A stretch of DNA of 63,313 bases, filler included, from Choristocarpus tenellus KU-1152 (Eukaryota; Protista; Phaeophyceae): the NCBI GenBank assembly GCA_964200185.2. It is 7 parts of 7 records of this genome, joined end to end, with 100 filler letters (N's around TTAATTAATTAA, not from the genome) between each part and the next. Parts side by side here need not be neighbours in the genome. Positions count along the whole stretch, not along the records: positions 13,384 to 18,869 come from CAXNAD020010638.1; positions 18,970 to 22,998 come from CAXNAD020016594.1; positions 23,099 to 47,755 come from CAXNAD020000205.1; 4 more parts are not named here. One strand, written 5' to 3'. The notes under the pieces were generated by a model. The model was not told the origin of the DNA. It saw only the letters and a program-made list of their open reading frames with translations, and ran no database searches. Position 1 is the stretch's first letter. Each line of letters begins with the position of its first letter. Both the position numbers and the translations under genes were made by a program. Shown piece by piece: positions 13,384 through 26,700 of the stretch.

Positions 13384-13524
13384 GGGTGTCCACAAGGGCC
13401 ATAACCAGGAAAAGTGCACTTACATTATCCATCCGACGTATGCAACCAAATCACCCAAAAATCGTGATATGAAAAAATTAACCCCAAATGGACAGCCGCC
13501 ACCCCCCCCCAGAAAATTTGACCC
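13384..13524 (+). mobile_element. MITE family A, left end lost in gap
   Basis: ...AAAGTGCACTTACATTATCCATCC...CCCCAAATGGACAGCCGCCACCCCCCCCCAGAAAATTTGACCC. Confidence 0.82.
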
Positions 13525-13599
13525 AGCACAAATCTAACGAAGGAAGAACACATACGAAAGAAGACAAACGAGGTAGGGCAACCCATGGACAAGAACAAG

Positions 13600-14400
13600 G
13601 CGAAGAGCAAGATGTATATGAATTCATTCATTTTTATTGAGCTGATTTTGCACTGTGAACTTGCACAACACACCATTGGCCTGCAGTTTGAAAAAAGTCG
13701 CTCATCAACACTTTGGCATGTGACCACTGCCCTGAAGAACACATCCTCCTCCACGCCTGCTTAGAATCCCCGACCTTCCATGAACATTGCCACTACGTAT
13801 TACACTAACAAAATTGAAAGGTCACACTAAAGACAAAATGCAACATTCTCAGTTCCAATGACCCTCAGGTCATGTACCTGTTGCCCTTACACCAAATCAA
13901 ACCTCAGCCTCAAATATATACTTGAGGCCGCCTAGTGCAAAGCTCAATTTGCTGATACCCGTGCGTGAAATAAACAATGTCCTTCAAAGTTGGATGCCTG
14001 TGGACAAAGAGAGGACGGTCTACTTACCTTTGAGGTTACTACTGGCACAAAGTACTTTGAAGCAGCTAAAAACTAACTATAGAACCGCCTAAACTTCTCC
14101 ACACAATACACCCAATCAAGACTTTCCGTTTTGCAAGAACTGTGGCAAATCAAACGAATCATTTTGCCTCCTACATCTCGTTCATCTTTGATTTTCCACC
14201 GTACACACCAAACAAATTTATGATTAATACTCACATAAGAGGCTGGTGGTAAGGTCCACCGAAAAACATCTGCAACAAGAGTACCAACATACTAGAAGCA
14301 TCAAATCAGGGAAGTCTATGTTAATGACTACCATTGCAGCTATGTGGATTCCAGGCTCGCCTTCATGACCAGTCCCAATCTGGAATCAAAATCGAGGACC
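13600..14400 (-). mobile_element. Highly degenerate hAT-like transposase remnant
   Basis: Ordered motif remnants AWNP (cf. TRWNS), DWVY...FLAASKYF (cf. DW...FxxAT) and VTCQSVDERLFS...KMNEFIYI (cf. SxxxERxFS of the hAT dimerisation domain). Confidence 0.45.
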
Positions 14401-15199
14401 TGTGATAGAACAAATAATGTGGATGATACTTGAGGGAGTGTTATCAGGGCATTTATTGTCTGGTTTCGGTCGGAGGGTCGATGCATGAAGGGTCTGAGCT
14501 CAACTATATGCTCTAGAGTATTTTTTGGAGTATTTTGAATTGTTGCAAAATTCAGAAGCTATAATAGTAATCGGGTGCTTTGGTTAGACCCAAAAGAGAG
14601 GGGTTCCATTCTTAAATTCCATGCCAAGCACCATGTTTACTGCATTTAGCCATTTTTGGTCACATCTCATCATGTGCAAGTCTTTGCAACCACTCGAGCT
14701 GTCACTGGTATCAGTCATTTCCACTTTGACCCATTTACCTGTATTTACCTGTATTCATTGAGGAAATTCGACGTAGAGTCTAAAGCATTCTGAGGTGTTG
14801 GCAGAGTGATGATTAGGTCAATTTGAAAGGTGTCCTTAGCCTTTCACTACCTAGATCTAAGGCCCATTACATTTTCCTCGACAAGTATCACATGATCAAG
14901 CCCCAACTTGCAATGGAGTTCGGGATATCGCAGGTGGTAGAGTGGGTACTATCCAACGGTGTGAGGAGAGTGAAGGCTATCCCAATTGGTAAGAGCATAG
15001 ACTAGCCCAGAGAGCATGTTCCCCAACCTGCGCATTTTCGTAAATATACTCTGGAGTGATTCTGATCCATTGTGGGAAGAGAATATTGTTTTGGGAGGCA
15101 TGATGTCTAAGAGAGGGGTCTATTTTCGTCACTTCTCAGTATTTTAGCTCGATAAGCATTCTGCCTGTCACTCAATTTCCTGTGTCTGAAATACAGGTA

Positions 15200-15374
15200 T
15201 GGCATTTGTTAGGGAGTGTCAATATCCTTGTTTCGGACACACCTTTCCATACGTATACATTTTACCTACTCCGAAACATTTTGGGGTAGGAAAATGTCAT
15301 TTAAAAAAAATAGGAAGTCAAACCCCAAATGGACAAACAGGGCAAAACTCGTACACTCTAAAATACTTTCACTC
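15200..15374 (-). mobile_element. MITE family B, partial
   Basis: ...CCCCAAATGGACAAACAGGGCAAAACTCGTACACTCTAAAATACTTTCACTC. The other end is missing. Confidence 0.8.
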
Positions 15375-15528
15375 AAGACAGAATGCCTTGAGCTAGTTCA
15401 TTGTGATCAGGGCAGTTTGAGGTGAAGGAGAGTTCGAAGTTGTCTCCAACATTTCAATCCGTTGTGGAGTCAACTGGTACTCCAAAATGACCAGGAAGTG
15501 CATCATACTCAGCGTTAACCTCTAAATG

Positions 15529-17755
15529 TCTGCAACCACTCTTCGTTCTTGTTCCCCTTCTACCAAATCTCCACTTCTCACACTTTGTTTGAACCTCTTT
15601 CAGCAGAACTAAATCAGTCCCTTCTACCCAAGGCCTCTCCTCTATTCGTGAATTCCCGATTTCCACTACTCCCCAGTACCCTTCCCCTACCTGCACAATG
15701 ACTGCAGCTCTCTCCTGTTCCCGTTGCCTCTGAGCCAGAACCAATCTGTTCCTCGGACAGACAGGGAAAGAGATAGTGGAAAAAATGGTGGTTTGAGCCA
15801 CTTTGTACTTCGGAGTATATGGTGGCAACAATTATCTTGATGTCCCTTCTATGACCATCATACTGAATCTGTGAGCATTTCATGTTTAATGCAAAATGCA
15901 CGAGGAAGGGATTAGAAGGGGCTTTGAAGCAACTCTGGAGAACCCATCCGTCCTCTTACAGGGCCTGCAAAAGAGGATATAGAAGAGCATCGGGAACCTT
16001 CGTGTTTTGGTTAATCCCCTACATACGACATCAAACAAGTATCAAGCATATGAACCACTTGTCATACCCTGTCCAGGGATCAGTTTATTCCATGGCGCTT
16101 TTCATTGTCTACATGTGCCACAGAATTAATTTCTGGAACCCACGCATATGTACATGTCCTCAATTCAACTGCCACATGTACAGATCAGCGCTATGGTGTG
16201 TAATAGGTGCAAAAGACAATGTTACCATGTACTGGTGACTCAAAGTATCTTAGAGGGTAGAGCCTTGTCTGTTTAGGGGTCAAAATTAATTGTTGCGACT
16301 GTGATGTAATTTTGTTTATCACGAGTGTCTCTTAGGGAATGTCAATATCCTTGTTCGGACACACACATTTTCATAATATATACATTTGACCTACTCCAAA
16401 TCATTTCGGAGTAGGAACATGTCCTATAAAAAAGGTGGGAAGCCAACCCCCAAACGGACAAACAGGGAAAAACTTGTACCCTCTAAGATACTTAACACTG
16501 GTTGGAGACATGTAGATATCAATACCTCCATGTTGAGAATCCAAACATTCCCCACTAGGACACAGTATGAACATTTAATTGAAAAAATGAACATGTTTGT
16601 AACCGCTGGTGCATGCTGCATCTCTTAATGAAGTGATGACCACTGCACTAAGACATACATCACGTTGTGAAACAAGAGTTGAAGTTCACTCCTACTCTCT
16701 TACCTGCACTCTTCTAGTCCATGATCTCCCTGGCTTCTCTACACTTTTTACCTTCAAGCAACAACACGCAACCTCCATAATAATGTCAACGTAGGTAAGA
16801 GCAAACTCAACTCTGGTCCGCCCTCCTGAACAATCTCACCTTCATGTATAGGGCCTGTAGTATCCTCACTGCAATCCTCGCTCTCCTGAGGAAGTGTCGG
16901 GCAGCTGACCCGCTCACAGCCCTCTGTGCATGCATCAGGAATGTGATGCGAAAGCGGAAGGACAAACAGGTGCGGCAGATGATAAGCACTATTGAAAATG
17001 TGGATACTGTAGGCTGCCCCCCAATGTGGTAATGGGGACAAAGCAACAGTGGATGGTGTGCTGGGAGTCGGAAGTGCTAGTATCTATTTAATGTGAGGCA
17101 GTGGGGGTTCACGTTTAACATTTGTAGTTGGTGCAGATTGAAAAGGTTGGTTATTTGGTCGTTTAGTTTTTGGGGCTGGGTTGGAGTTTAGGGCATGGGC
17201 AAGGAGTGGTGGGCTGGGCCTTTCAACAGTATATGAAACATAGGAAAGAGCGCTCTCATCACCCAAACAACATGCATAGTCAGTTGGACCAAATTGGCAC
17301 TTCCCCAGTCAGCACTCTCTTGGCATTCCTGCAGTGGTGTGTTGATATTGTACTATCTGAGTTTGAGATGATGCACACCACTCACATTTCGCATCATCCC
17401 CATCTCAGTACGATGTTACTTTGGGACCCAGCTGGGAAAATGATTATGCGGTAGGTGCAGTGCCAGCTCCTCTTTAAAACCTTCCTCCCATAAACACACA
17501 CACTGATGACCACAGTTTCTTGACGTCCTCCAATTTCCCTGGAATATGTTAGACTGGAGCTTTGTCTCCTGGCCACACCCTCTACTTGTTTCTGCAACCA
17601 CTTTTCGTTCTTGTTCCCTTTCTACCAGATCTCCACATCTCATACTTTGTGTGAGCCTCTCTCAGCAGAACTAAATCAATCCCTTCCTCCCCACGTCTCT
17701 TCTCAATGCATGCCTGTCTCAATCTCCACCATCAACCCAGTACCCTCTCCTACCC
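15529..17755. repeat. Diverged ~160-bp direct repeat (15529-15690 vs 17591-17755) in decayed coding-like DNA
   Basis: Both copies read TCTGCAACCACT..TTCGTTCTTGTTCCC..TCAGCAGAACTAAATCA..CCCAGTACCCT. Confidence 0.7.
16237..16499 (-). mobile_element. MITE family B, full copy
   Basis: GACTCAAAGTATCTTAGAGGGTAG ... TACCCTCTAAGATACTTAACACT, flanks GGT/GGT. Confidence 0.85.
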
Positions 17756-19098
17756 GCATTAGCCTTCTTCCTTTGCCCTTGCATTCACATTTGCCTCTAT
17801 GTATGTACGGGCCAAAAATGTTTTAAAACAATAGTCTTTGTGTTTACCTTGCTGTGTAGTTATTTCTTCGTACCAGACACTGTGTGTAACACATGATTCC
17901 TGATACGTCATCCTTCTTTCACATTCAATATCCTTTCTCACACTTTAATCCTCGCACACGTTATCGAATTCACACACAACAACACACCCACAACCACTAC
18001 AACACACCATTCCCTCATCCATGACTTCGACTATTTTTCCCATGACCAAAATTCAGCACAACATATTTACCTGGATCTTTACAGCTGCTCCATTCTGCTT
18101 GTTCCCGGTTCGTATGTTTTCCAGATAAGATTTGAATCTGGTGAGGAGAAAGGAAGGTAAAAATGAATGGCTTGTGATCACACCCTTCTCGCCTGTAACT
18201 GTCTGACTCTTGAGATGGTTTCGAATTTGTGAAGAATCTTGTATGAATGTAAAGTATATACAACTACAGGTATGCAGGGATACTCTGTGATGGGCATTGG
18301 AAAGAGAGGTAATTTGGTTCGTGTCTGCTTGAGAATGTTCACGTACCATGTGTACATGGTTCACTTGATCCTGACGAATAACCCAGGACTCCTTGTCTGT
18401 TCTTCATTATATTTTTCCTAAATCACAATGGAAATAGTCAGTCCACAGCTTATTCTTAGGTGCTCAATATTTCCTTGGTACACAAGTACACCTCTTGCAC
18501 AGAACCGTGTATTGCGATGGTGGTCCATTTCAAAGAGTGCATGCATCCATCCACGTCTCGGAATGACATGATCTGTGTTGGGTTTAAGGCCAGGGGTGAA
18601 CTGCATTGCAAGAGTATCAAAATTGAAGGGGTGTATTGACCTCTACAGAGATCTAGGGCATATTGTGCGGTTGCAAATTCAACAACCAAAGGACACACCT
18701 TACGAACATTCAAGATCTGACTCTTCACCCATGCCCCTACCTTAGATATTCCTGAATATGTCAAAGGCTCCCAAACACAGGAATCAATATACAGGAGCTC
18801 ATGTTACAGGCGCCCCTCAATGCTCACCTTCCAGGATGTATAACTCAAATCCAACGACCTTAAAACGACNNNNNNNNNNNNNNNNNNNNNNNNNNNNNNN
18901 NNNNNNNNNNNNNTTAATTAATTAANNNNNNNNNNNNNNNNNNNNNNNNNNNNNNNNNNNNNNNNNNNNCGCCACCAAATCACACCAAAAAAGTGAAAAT
19001 CGAAAAAAGGGTGAAAAACGGACGCCGACACCCCCCCCGCGCATGCACAATGAGTAGGCGCAATGGTTTACAGAGCTCAATCGTATCCCCGATTACAG

Positions 19099-21195
19099 GT
19101 CTTATTGACATCTAAAAGGAGGATGAAATCGGACCATTTCATGAACGTCCTGGCTTCTCAGTGATGGTCTATAGTCTACCAGCTTCCGTGATTGGCATGC
19201 GCAGGTTTGAACTCGCTCAAGGTACAGCATCATTTCAAGGAAATCTGTTTTTGATAGACCATGCGTCAAGCACAAAGGAAAGTTCCACATCTATTTTTCA
19301 GTCTGTGGCTAAACCATAAAAAAAGATTATTAAAACCTTAATCATTGTAATACGGCACTATTGTGACCAGGCAAGTGTAGTGCACAAGATTCGAGGGTAT
19401 AAGACGGAGTGGTGAGTGGTGGAATGACTGGAAACAATACGTGAGCAAAAATCAAGGCACAGAAGGAGCAGTGCAACTAGGTGTAGCGCAACAGATAGTT
19501 CAGAGTTAATGAGAAGTAGTACAGTGTGTATTTACTCTGAGCATGGGTTAGAGCTGGTAGGGTCAGGTTAATGGTTCCTTGTTCCAGACTAAAGTAAGGC
19601 AGTAACATGAAAAAAAAAATGAGTAGAGCTGTAAGAATGATCACAGGCACAAGTGGTGGTAAGAATTATTATCCTTCCGAAGATACACTAGTGGAGGAAC
19701 TCATGGACACTGCACATGAGTTTCTCGAGTTTTTTTTGGTGGACATTGGAAGAAAATATCGTGGGCAAGGAGAATCCCCCATATAAGTGCTACTCTTTCT
19801 AGATTCGTGAGGTAAGAGGTAGCACAATACAGCGTCATAAGTTTATAGGACCTTTTGGTTGAAGGATAGAGATATGGCAGAACTGGAGTTACAGGGAGAG
19901 GGATCTTCTCAATCCACTTTATGTAGATGGGGAAGATGAGGTGAGACCTTCGGTGGCCACACCCATTAGATTCCAATATATTCCGGAAAAGCTTATAATT
20001 ACTTGCTCGTGCTCGTGCCCTCTCCAGCTCTGACCAAGAATAAGCTGTCCTAATAATAGCTGGAACGTTTGCAGTAACGTGCAGAAAATGAGAAGCGGGG
20101 ATTACCATGAGGACGTGTGGAAGGCCCTTCTCGAAATGTCAAGCGCTCGGACACCCTGGTTGAGGCAGAGAAACCAAACTCAATATATTCTGATGGACAA
20201 GTGGAGCATGGAGGAGAGTTGGATCTTCTCAGGTATTGGAAGGAGAAATTTATTTCCGAAGACAGACGCGGTAAGCAAGTTATTGCAATGTGCTAAATTG
20301 CCTTCACGGGCACCCTATTTTGCCAGACTGTGCGGTTGTATGGGTGCACAAGTTGTTAGGTTGGGAGAAACTTTTCAAGTCCTTCCCTTACCTGAGCAAT
20401 TTGTGAGGTGACATGTGTGTGGAGAGGGTGAAGCGCCTAATGACATATTTGCATCTTTTTGAAATACCTTGATTCAAAGAGGTGGCCAAGTACGGCAAGT
20501 AGAAGGAGTCCCGCTTAGTCGTGTCTGCCTTTCAGAATAGTTTGGATGGGTGAACAGTCGTTTTGCGATTGACGTTCTGTTTGTCAACAACTGTAATACA
20601 ATCCCCACAGAGAAAATGTTTTAATGTAGTAGGCACCTAGGCCCTCTGGCTTTGGCACAGTTTTCAAATATATATATACAGAGCATACGCATCTATATTT
20701 CATTATTTTTCTAAGGTGAAGTAATAAATGAGAGAAGTAATATGTTACATACCTGGGGCATATTTTTATATCCTCTTCACTTTCCCCCAAGTGTGCCGTC
20801 TGGTTTGAGGACGCAACATATATCTTATTCCGTGTTGATATACTGTGAGTATCTGCTTCAAGTTTGAAGTTTACATGACACTTTACACATTGACAGGTAA
20901 ACCAACCGATTCAACCCAACCAACCAGTGGACTTCCTCGACCAAGCTGAGACCTGGCCCAGCGTTTCAGAATAAAATTTACTTAATCTGGTCCGTGGGTC
21001 ATCCTGTTGAGCGCCGTTGACGGCTCTGGCTTATCCCTGTTGAGTATATATATCTTCTGAGTTGGGTCGCTGTCGGGTCCTATTAAAACCTGGAAGACCC
21101 TGTCAAAAATAATGTTATCCAGTCAGATTTCGGTCTTGCCTCATCACAGTTTCCCGGACCGGTGAAAAGTCCTCTTCAATTGCTGTGCTACAAGG
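19099..21195 (+). pseudogene. Degenerate multi-exon gene fragment, unknown product
   Basis: Short AG/GT-bounded exon-like blocks (e.g. KMRSGDYHEDVWKALLEMSSARTPWLRQ at ~20085-20232) with in-frame TAA 19113, TGA 19860 and TAG 20500. Confidence 0.35.
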
Positions 21196-21319
21196 TACGA
21201 ACATATTTCAGAAAATGCGTGGCCATGGCTGGGTGGCTCTAATATTCCGTAAGGAGAACAAATTGTATACCTTATGTGTCTGCAGGACATGCTGGGTCAG
21301 AACTATTGTGTTCAAAAAT

Positions 21320-21574
21320 GAGTCGAAGTATGTTAGAGGGTAGAGCCGCGTCCATTTGGGATCCAAAATTTAATGTTGTGATTTTGATGTAATTTTGGTT
21401 ATCGTGTTTGTTAGGAAGTGTCAATATCCTTGTTCTAGGCACACCTTTTCATATCGTACACATTTTGCCTATTCTGAAACATTTTGGAGTAGGAAAATGT
21501 AATAAAAAACCCCATGGGAAGCCAAGCCCCAAATGGACAAACGGGGCAAAACTCATACCCTCTAAGATACTTTC
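21320..21574 (-). mobile_element. MITE family B, near-full copy
   Basis: GAGTCGAAGTATGTTAGAGGGTAG ... TACCCTCTAAGATACTTTC, flanks AAT/AAT. Confidence 0.85.
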
Positions 21575-22176
21575 AATGTTGAAAAGGTGAAAAGGGGTGC
21601 AACAACCAGCGATCATACACCCATCGACACAGATGGTTGTAGCTATCAAGGGCAGTCAGGAGAAACCCAGTTGTAGAGCGCTCATGAACACCCGATAATT
21701 GGGATTGGATCTCACTAATGTCGTCAAGCATCGCTATGTCCTATGGGGAAAATGAGGAAAGAAAAATTCAATGTCACGCTGGGTCCATCCAATCCGAACA
21801 CCACCCATCGTGTTTCTCACAAACGAAGGAGGAGCGCAAGAAGAGTAGTGAATCAAAGAAGGAAGAGGCAGCGAGAAAGGAAATGTTGGGAGTGGTTGGT
21901 GTCCATTTGCCCTTATCTGCTTTGGACCATATCACAGCTTCTCTAAAATGCTACTCATTCACAAACCCTTTGTTTCAACCATATACTTGATGGTATCACC
22001 TATGTTATTTTGTTGCCTTTTAATCCCATCCCTCAACCTCGATCCCAAGCTTCTCAAATCAAGGTCTTCTTGTAAGCACATCCACCAGGTCCTCTCCTAT
22101 TGTCAACGTTACCTTCTATTTTCCATCTGGAAGTTCCCTGAACAAAATACCTTTGGGAGTCGCTCATTCCCTAGCA

Positions 22177-22355
22177 GACCCAAAGTATTTGGGGGGGGGA
22201 GGGGGTCTGCACCAGGGTGTCCATTTGGGTCATAACTAGGAAAGGTTCATTTACATTATCCATTCGACGCATGCAATCAAATAACCAAAAAATCGCAATA
22301 TGAAAATTTTTCCCCCAAATGGACAGCCGCCACCCCCTCTCAGATACTTTGAGTC
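22177..22355 (+). mobile_element. MITE family A, full copy
   Basis: GACCCAAAGTATTTGGGG ... CAGATACTTTGAGTC, 4-bp TSD AGCA/AGCA. Confidence 0.87.
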
Positions 22356-23273
22356 AGCATACAACTGACCAAACTAACAGGAACCTCCCTCTTCACATTG
22401 TTGGCTTGGTATTCCACTATGATTATAGTCTGTACCCTGCATTTTGAACTATGGTAGTAGGGGAAGTATTATATATAGCGTCCTTCCCCACTGTAAAAAA
22501 AATCGAAAAATATCTCACCTTTGCTGAATGAGATATCGGAGATGAGTGGACTGGTAAGATGATGCAATATTTACCACTTGCAGTGTAAGTATTTGAAAAA
22601 TATAGCATTAACAGTTTCTAGTAGTCATCCTGCCATCACCAACCAAATGATACCCTGCTTAAACACCTTCATCATAGGAGTCATTTAAAGAATCTTTACC
22701 AGGAGTACTAGGAGGTGATTGGTGGACAAACAAATGTCCACCAATTTCTGTAGGGATTTGACACAATATTCTAATACCACTACTACTCCTTCACTAACCC
22801 CAAATCCTGTAACTTAAACAGTGTTTTGACGTAGAGGTAGGTCACTCCATGGCCAAGTAATCTGATCCATCCTCTTTTTGTACACAAATGCATACGCAAA
22901 AGAAACTAATATCATCACTTGTCGTGATGATCCAGGCCCATTCACCCCAATATCAAGTTGGCATGGGCCGCCTATCATACCAAGTCTCTAAGTGCAGGNN
23001 NNNNNNNNNNNNNNNNNNNNNNNNNNNNNNNNNNNNNNNNNNTTAATTAATTAANNNNNNNNNNNNNNNNNNNNNNNNNNNNNNNNNNNNNNNNNNNNAA
23101 AAAAGGGTTGTGGAGGATGGGGGTGTAGCCTTGTGCTCTCCCCCTCTCCCCCCCCCCCCCATACACCCCCCCCCCCCCCCCCCCCCCCCCCCCTGCTCCC
23201 CCCCCAAACAACCAACTGGTGGCGGTATGGCTTGTGGTGGGGGCGAAATAACTTGTGTATTTGTGTATTCCAG

Positions 23274-23668
23274 GGAGAGGTTGAGTTTCATCATGATGGG
23301 CAGGAGGAAGAGGACATGCACCTATCAGATAGGGAGTGGGGCCCGACCAGAAGAAGGAAGCGGTACAATGATTTGAGAGAGCCGTTTGTGCTTGAGGTTT
23401 GTGCCTGACTGCCCTTTCACTGTGGTGTTGGTCTAACTCTAACCTTAACCCTATTGTAAAACCTTTGTTTATTGCGAAATATTAGTAGTGCTATAATAAT
23501 ATTGACATTTATTGTTTTTTGTGGATTGCAGCACCTTTTTGGGGGTGATGATTCCATTTGTTACGCATATTGATGGTTTCAATATTCTGGGGGGTGGGCG
23601 GGNNNNNNNNNGTTGGGTGTGTGGGTGTGTGTGTGGTGTTGTTACTTTGTGGTTTTGGGGGGTTGTGG

Positions 23669-23710
<42 letters not shown>

Positions 23711-26700
23711 GTTTTTTTTGTTCTTTTGAAGTGAGTAAAACTTTGTTATATTTTTGTAGGCGTGTCCGAGAAAGGATGACATTGTCTTTGATTCAATCAA
23801 TAGTTCCGACAAGTGTGTGTATGCTTTAGTGTACCATAGCCTGAGTGCAGCTGCAATTGTAGTATTGTATCGTAGCGTTAAGGGTTATCAACAGTTGTGG
23901 AGGTAAGGGCTTTTGCCCGTGTTTGTACACTGCCCCCTCGAAGGCGTTATTGCACCAAAAAGCACACAATAAAGAGTCAATATTTCACACCTCGGGCGGT
24001 GTATACCCCTTGCATTCATTAACTCAATGGTTTTATTTTTACACACGACAGCCTGCCGCCAACGACCCTAACCCTAAGACAATGAATGTTGCAGTAGTGC
24101 ACGTAGCCCTAACCCTCTCCTCTTGTGGACGGTATCCGTGTAGGAAGGACTCCGATTTGAATCGAATGCTTGTCAAACAGAGGGTGCCGTGTAGGAACCG
24201 CCCCCCCAAAATCTCCTGGACAGACAGGAGGTGTTATCGAGCAAATGGGGGGTCTAGCGAAGTTTGTTCGGAGGGGAACCGTTATGCGTGAGTGTAGTTG
24301 TTGCATATTTTTCTTTTTTTTGTTTACGCTTTTTTTTTTTCTGTGAAATTTATTCCGCTGCCCGCTTTCTGCTCTTAAGAAAAGAAGGAAGGAGATAAGA
24401 GAGAGAGAGAGAGCTTGCGTGTTCGAAGGAATAGTACTTTAGAACTAGACCGATCATTGGAATAGTAATTGTGATCAAAATGGAAGCAAACTTTGGTCCT
24501 GGACAAGAGACTTTAGCCCTCGCCCTAACCATAATGCTAACCCTAACCCTAACCCTAACCATAACCATAACCCTTAGAGATTAAATGGAGTCTGATGCTC
24601 GCTGAACAACACATCTTGTTCAGGGTTAGGGTTAGGGCTAGGGTTAGGGCGCTGAACATTGTCCAGACAATAGACTTTTTATTGAGCAAACAGACAGGCG
24701 TTACACAGACAACCAAAGCTGTAGAATTCAACTGGCCCCCGAGTGCTGCGGCAAGGGGTAGGGTTAGTATATAGATCAAGGCGGCCCTAACGTTCTGATG
24801 GTTAATGTGTATTGTAGGTGAAGCATAGCTGAACGAACTATGGTATGCTAGTGCTGAGCATCACATGGTCCGTTGTGTGTAGTGTTTGAGATCAAGTCAA
24901 TGAGGTGCGTTTTTCCTGTGACTTCTGGCTCCCACTTGAGCACGGCATCGTTCTCAGGAAGGTACACCTTTTGTGGCGCTTTTTTGGTGCACACCTTTTA
25001 AAGATTATCCTTGCGTACGAATAAAGAAATAAATGACAACGGGGAGATTTTATTTATTTATTTTTTGAGTTGGCCAGGCGGAGAGTGTTCAAAACTCACA
25101 TTTTTTGTTTCTTTTTTATTCCGGTGTTGTATTCAAGTAATTTGTTCGCTTTCCCAATGCGTAAGGTTCTCACCCAGGGGAGATCCCCTACCTACCGTGT
25201 ACCCTAACCCTAACCCTAACCCTAACCCTAACCCCTGTGATAATGAATCTCTCTCCATGCATGGGATCAGATTGATGATGAGACTGATGCCGATGTCATG
25301 GCAGCACTGGTAGATAAGCACCCCCCACCCGGTGTCACTATATGTAGTAGCAGTCATGTTCCTGGAGGAGCAAAGGAAGTTGCTAATGCCCAGGTATGTG
25401 AGTGCATACTTGACCACGTAGTTCCCCCCTCCCTCCCCATTCCCTGTGCCAATTTCAGGCGCCCTTCAGTCTCGTAGTAATTACCAGTATCATCCACTGC
25501 TCCTGTTTATCCTATCCATGGTGATATGCATAGTGTGCCTCTGTGGCGAGATAGATTTACCTCTGAGTGTCAAAGTATTTTAGGGTTAGGGTTAGGGTAG
25601 AGTCGCGTCCGTTTGGGGGTCAAAATCCAATGTTGCGTTTTTGATGTAATTTTGGCTATCATGTTTATTAGGAAGTGTCAATATCTACATTTCGGACACA
25701 CTTTTTTCATAACGTACACATTTTACCTACTCCTAAACATTGCGCAGTAGGAAAATGTCACAAATAAAACATGGGTGGCCAAGCCCCAAATGGACAAACA
25801 GGGTAAAACTCATACCCTCTAATATACTTTCACTCTCTACTATTCATGGTGGTAAGTAAGTAGTATATTGAGGATGTACACTTGTTTTCCCATTAGAATT
25901 CTCGCCTGCCCCTCCCCTGCAGTCTTTTGTTTGGTGCACCCTCTATTCGTACTCTGCTCCTTGGGAAGAGGACATTTTGAAGAGTACATTTTGAAGAGGA
26001 TATTTTGAAGAGGACATTTTGAAGAGGACATTTTGCTGGTTTGCTTTCGATGTACCAGATTCTGATGCTGGTCACATTGAGAGATGTGTCCATCGCCTCT
26101 GTGTTGAGTGTTTTGTTAGAATATACTATACCTGGTAGTTCTGCTTTGTGTGGAATAGTATGATACATGGGATATTTTCTTCCCTGATACTCCGAAGTGG
26201 ATGTTTAGCATTTCACTTCGGAGGGTCCTTAGGGACTGCGATTAGGTTGCAGAGCAGAGTAGAGCTTCTGCTGGAGATGTTGGTTACATCTTCCACCGAT
26301 TTGTGCACCTTTTCAACCCATTTTTGCACGATTAGTGCAGGAAGGAGCCTAGCATGGCTTACGTTGCCATGACTCTTTTTTTCCTAGTTGCTATTTCGGG
26401 TTAGGGTTAGGGTTAGGATTTCTGATCCTTGACACAGTCTACTGGTTGCAGGAAACTAAAAGGTGATTTAGGGGAGAAAACCTCAGAGTACCTTTTTTTG
26501 TCACATGTGAAGATTGAATCACATCGAACAAGAGGTCCAACAACTGACTCAACCATCTATATCTTGGCTCTCAGACTGAACCCACCCACCCTCCTTGAAC
26601 ACTCATGCCACAGTCACCGACCTACCTCTATATATAGATACTAATCTTCAGCTTCACTGCTGGGGTTATGCTTGATGGAATTTGACTTTAAGAGTTGGTT

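Noticed and set aside
13107-13524. Large inverted repeat formed by two family A copies
   Set aside because: The copies are on different contigs joined by an artificial spacer.
21120-21195. Kinase-like SDFGLA motif
   Set aside because: No HRD, VAIK or APE motifs in neighbouring exons, so probably chance.
23099-23215. Poly-Pro and poly-Gly ORFs at 23.1 and 23.7 kb
   Set aside because: These are homopolymer C/G runs in low-quality sequence next to gaps.
24523-24649. Chromosome end-to-end fusion scar
   Set aside because: A fusion gives (TTAGGG)n(CCCTAA)n. Here the order is reversed and the tracts are short.
25965-26035. CRISPR-like repeat (also 44331-44398)
   Set aside because: Head-to-tail units without unique spacers, no cas genes, and a eukaryotic context.
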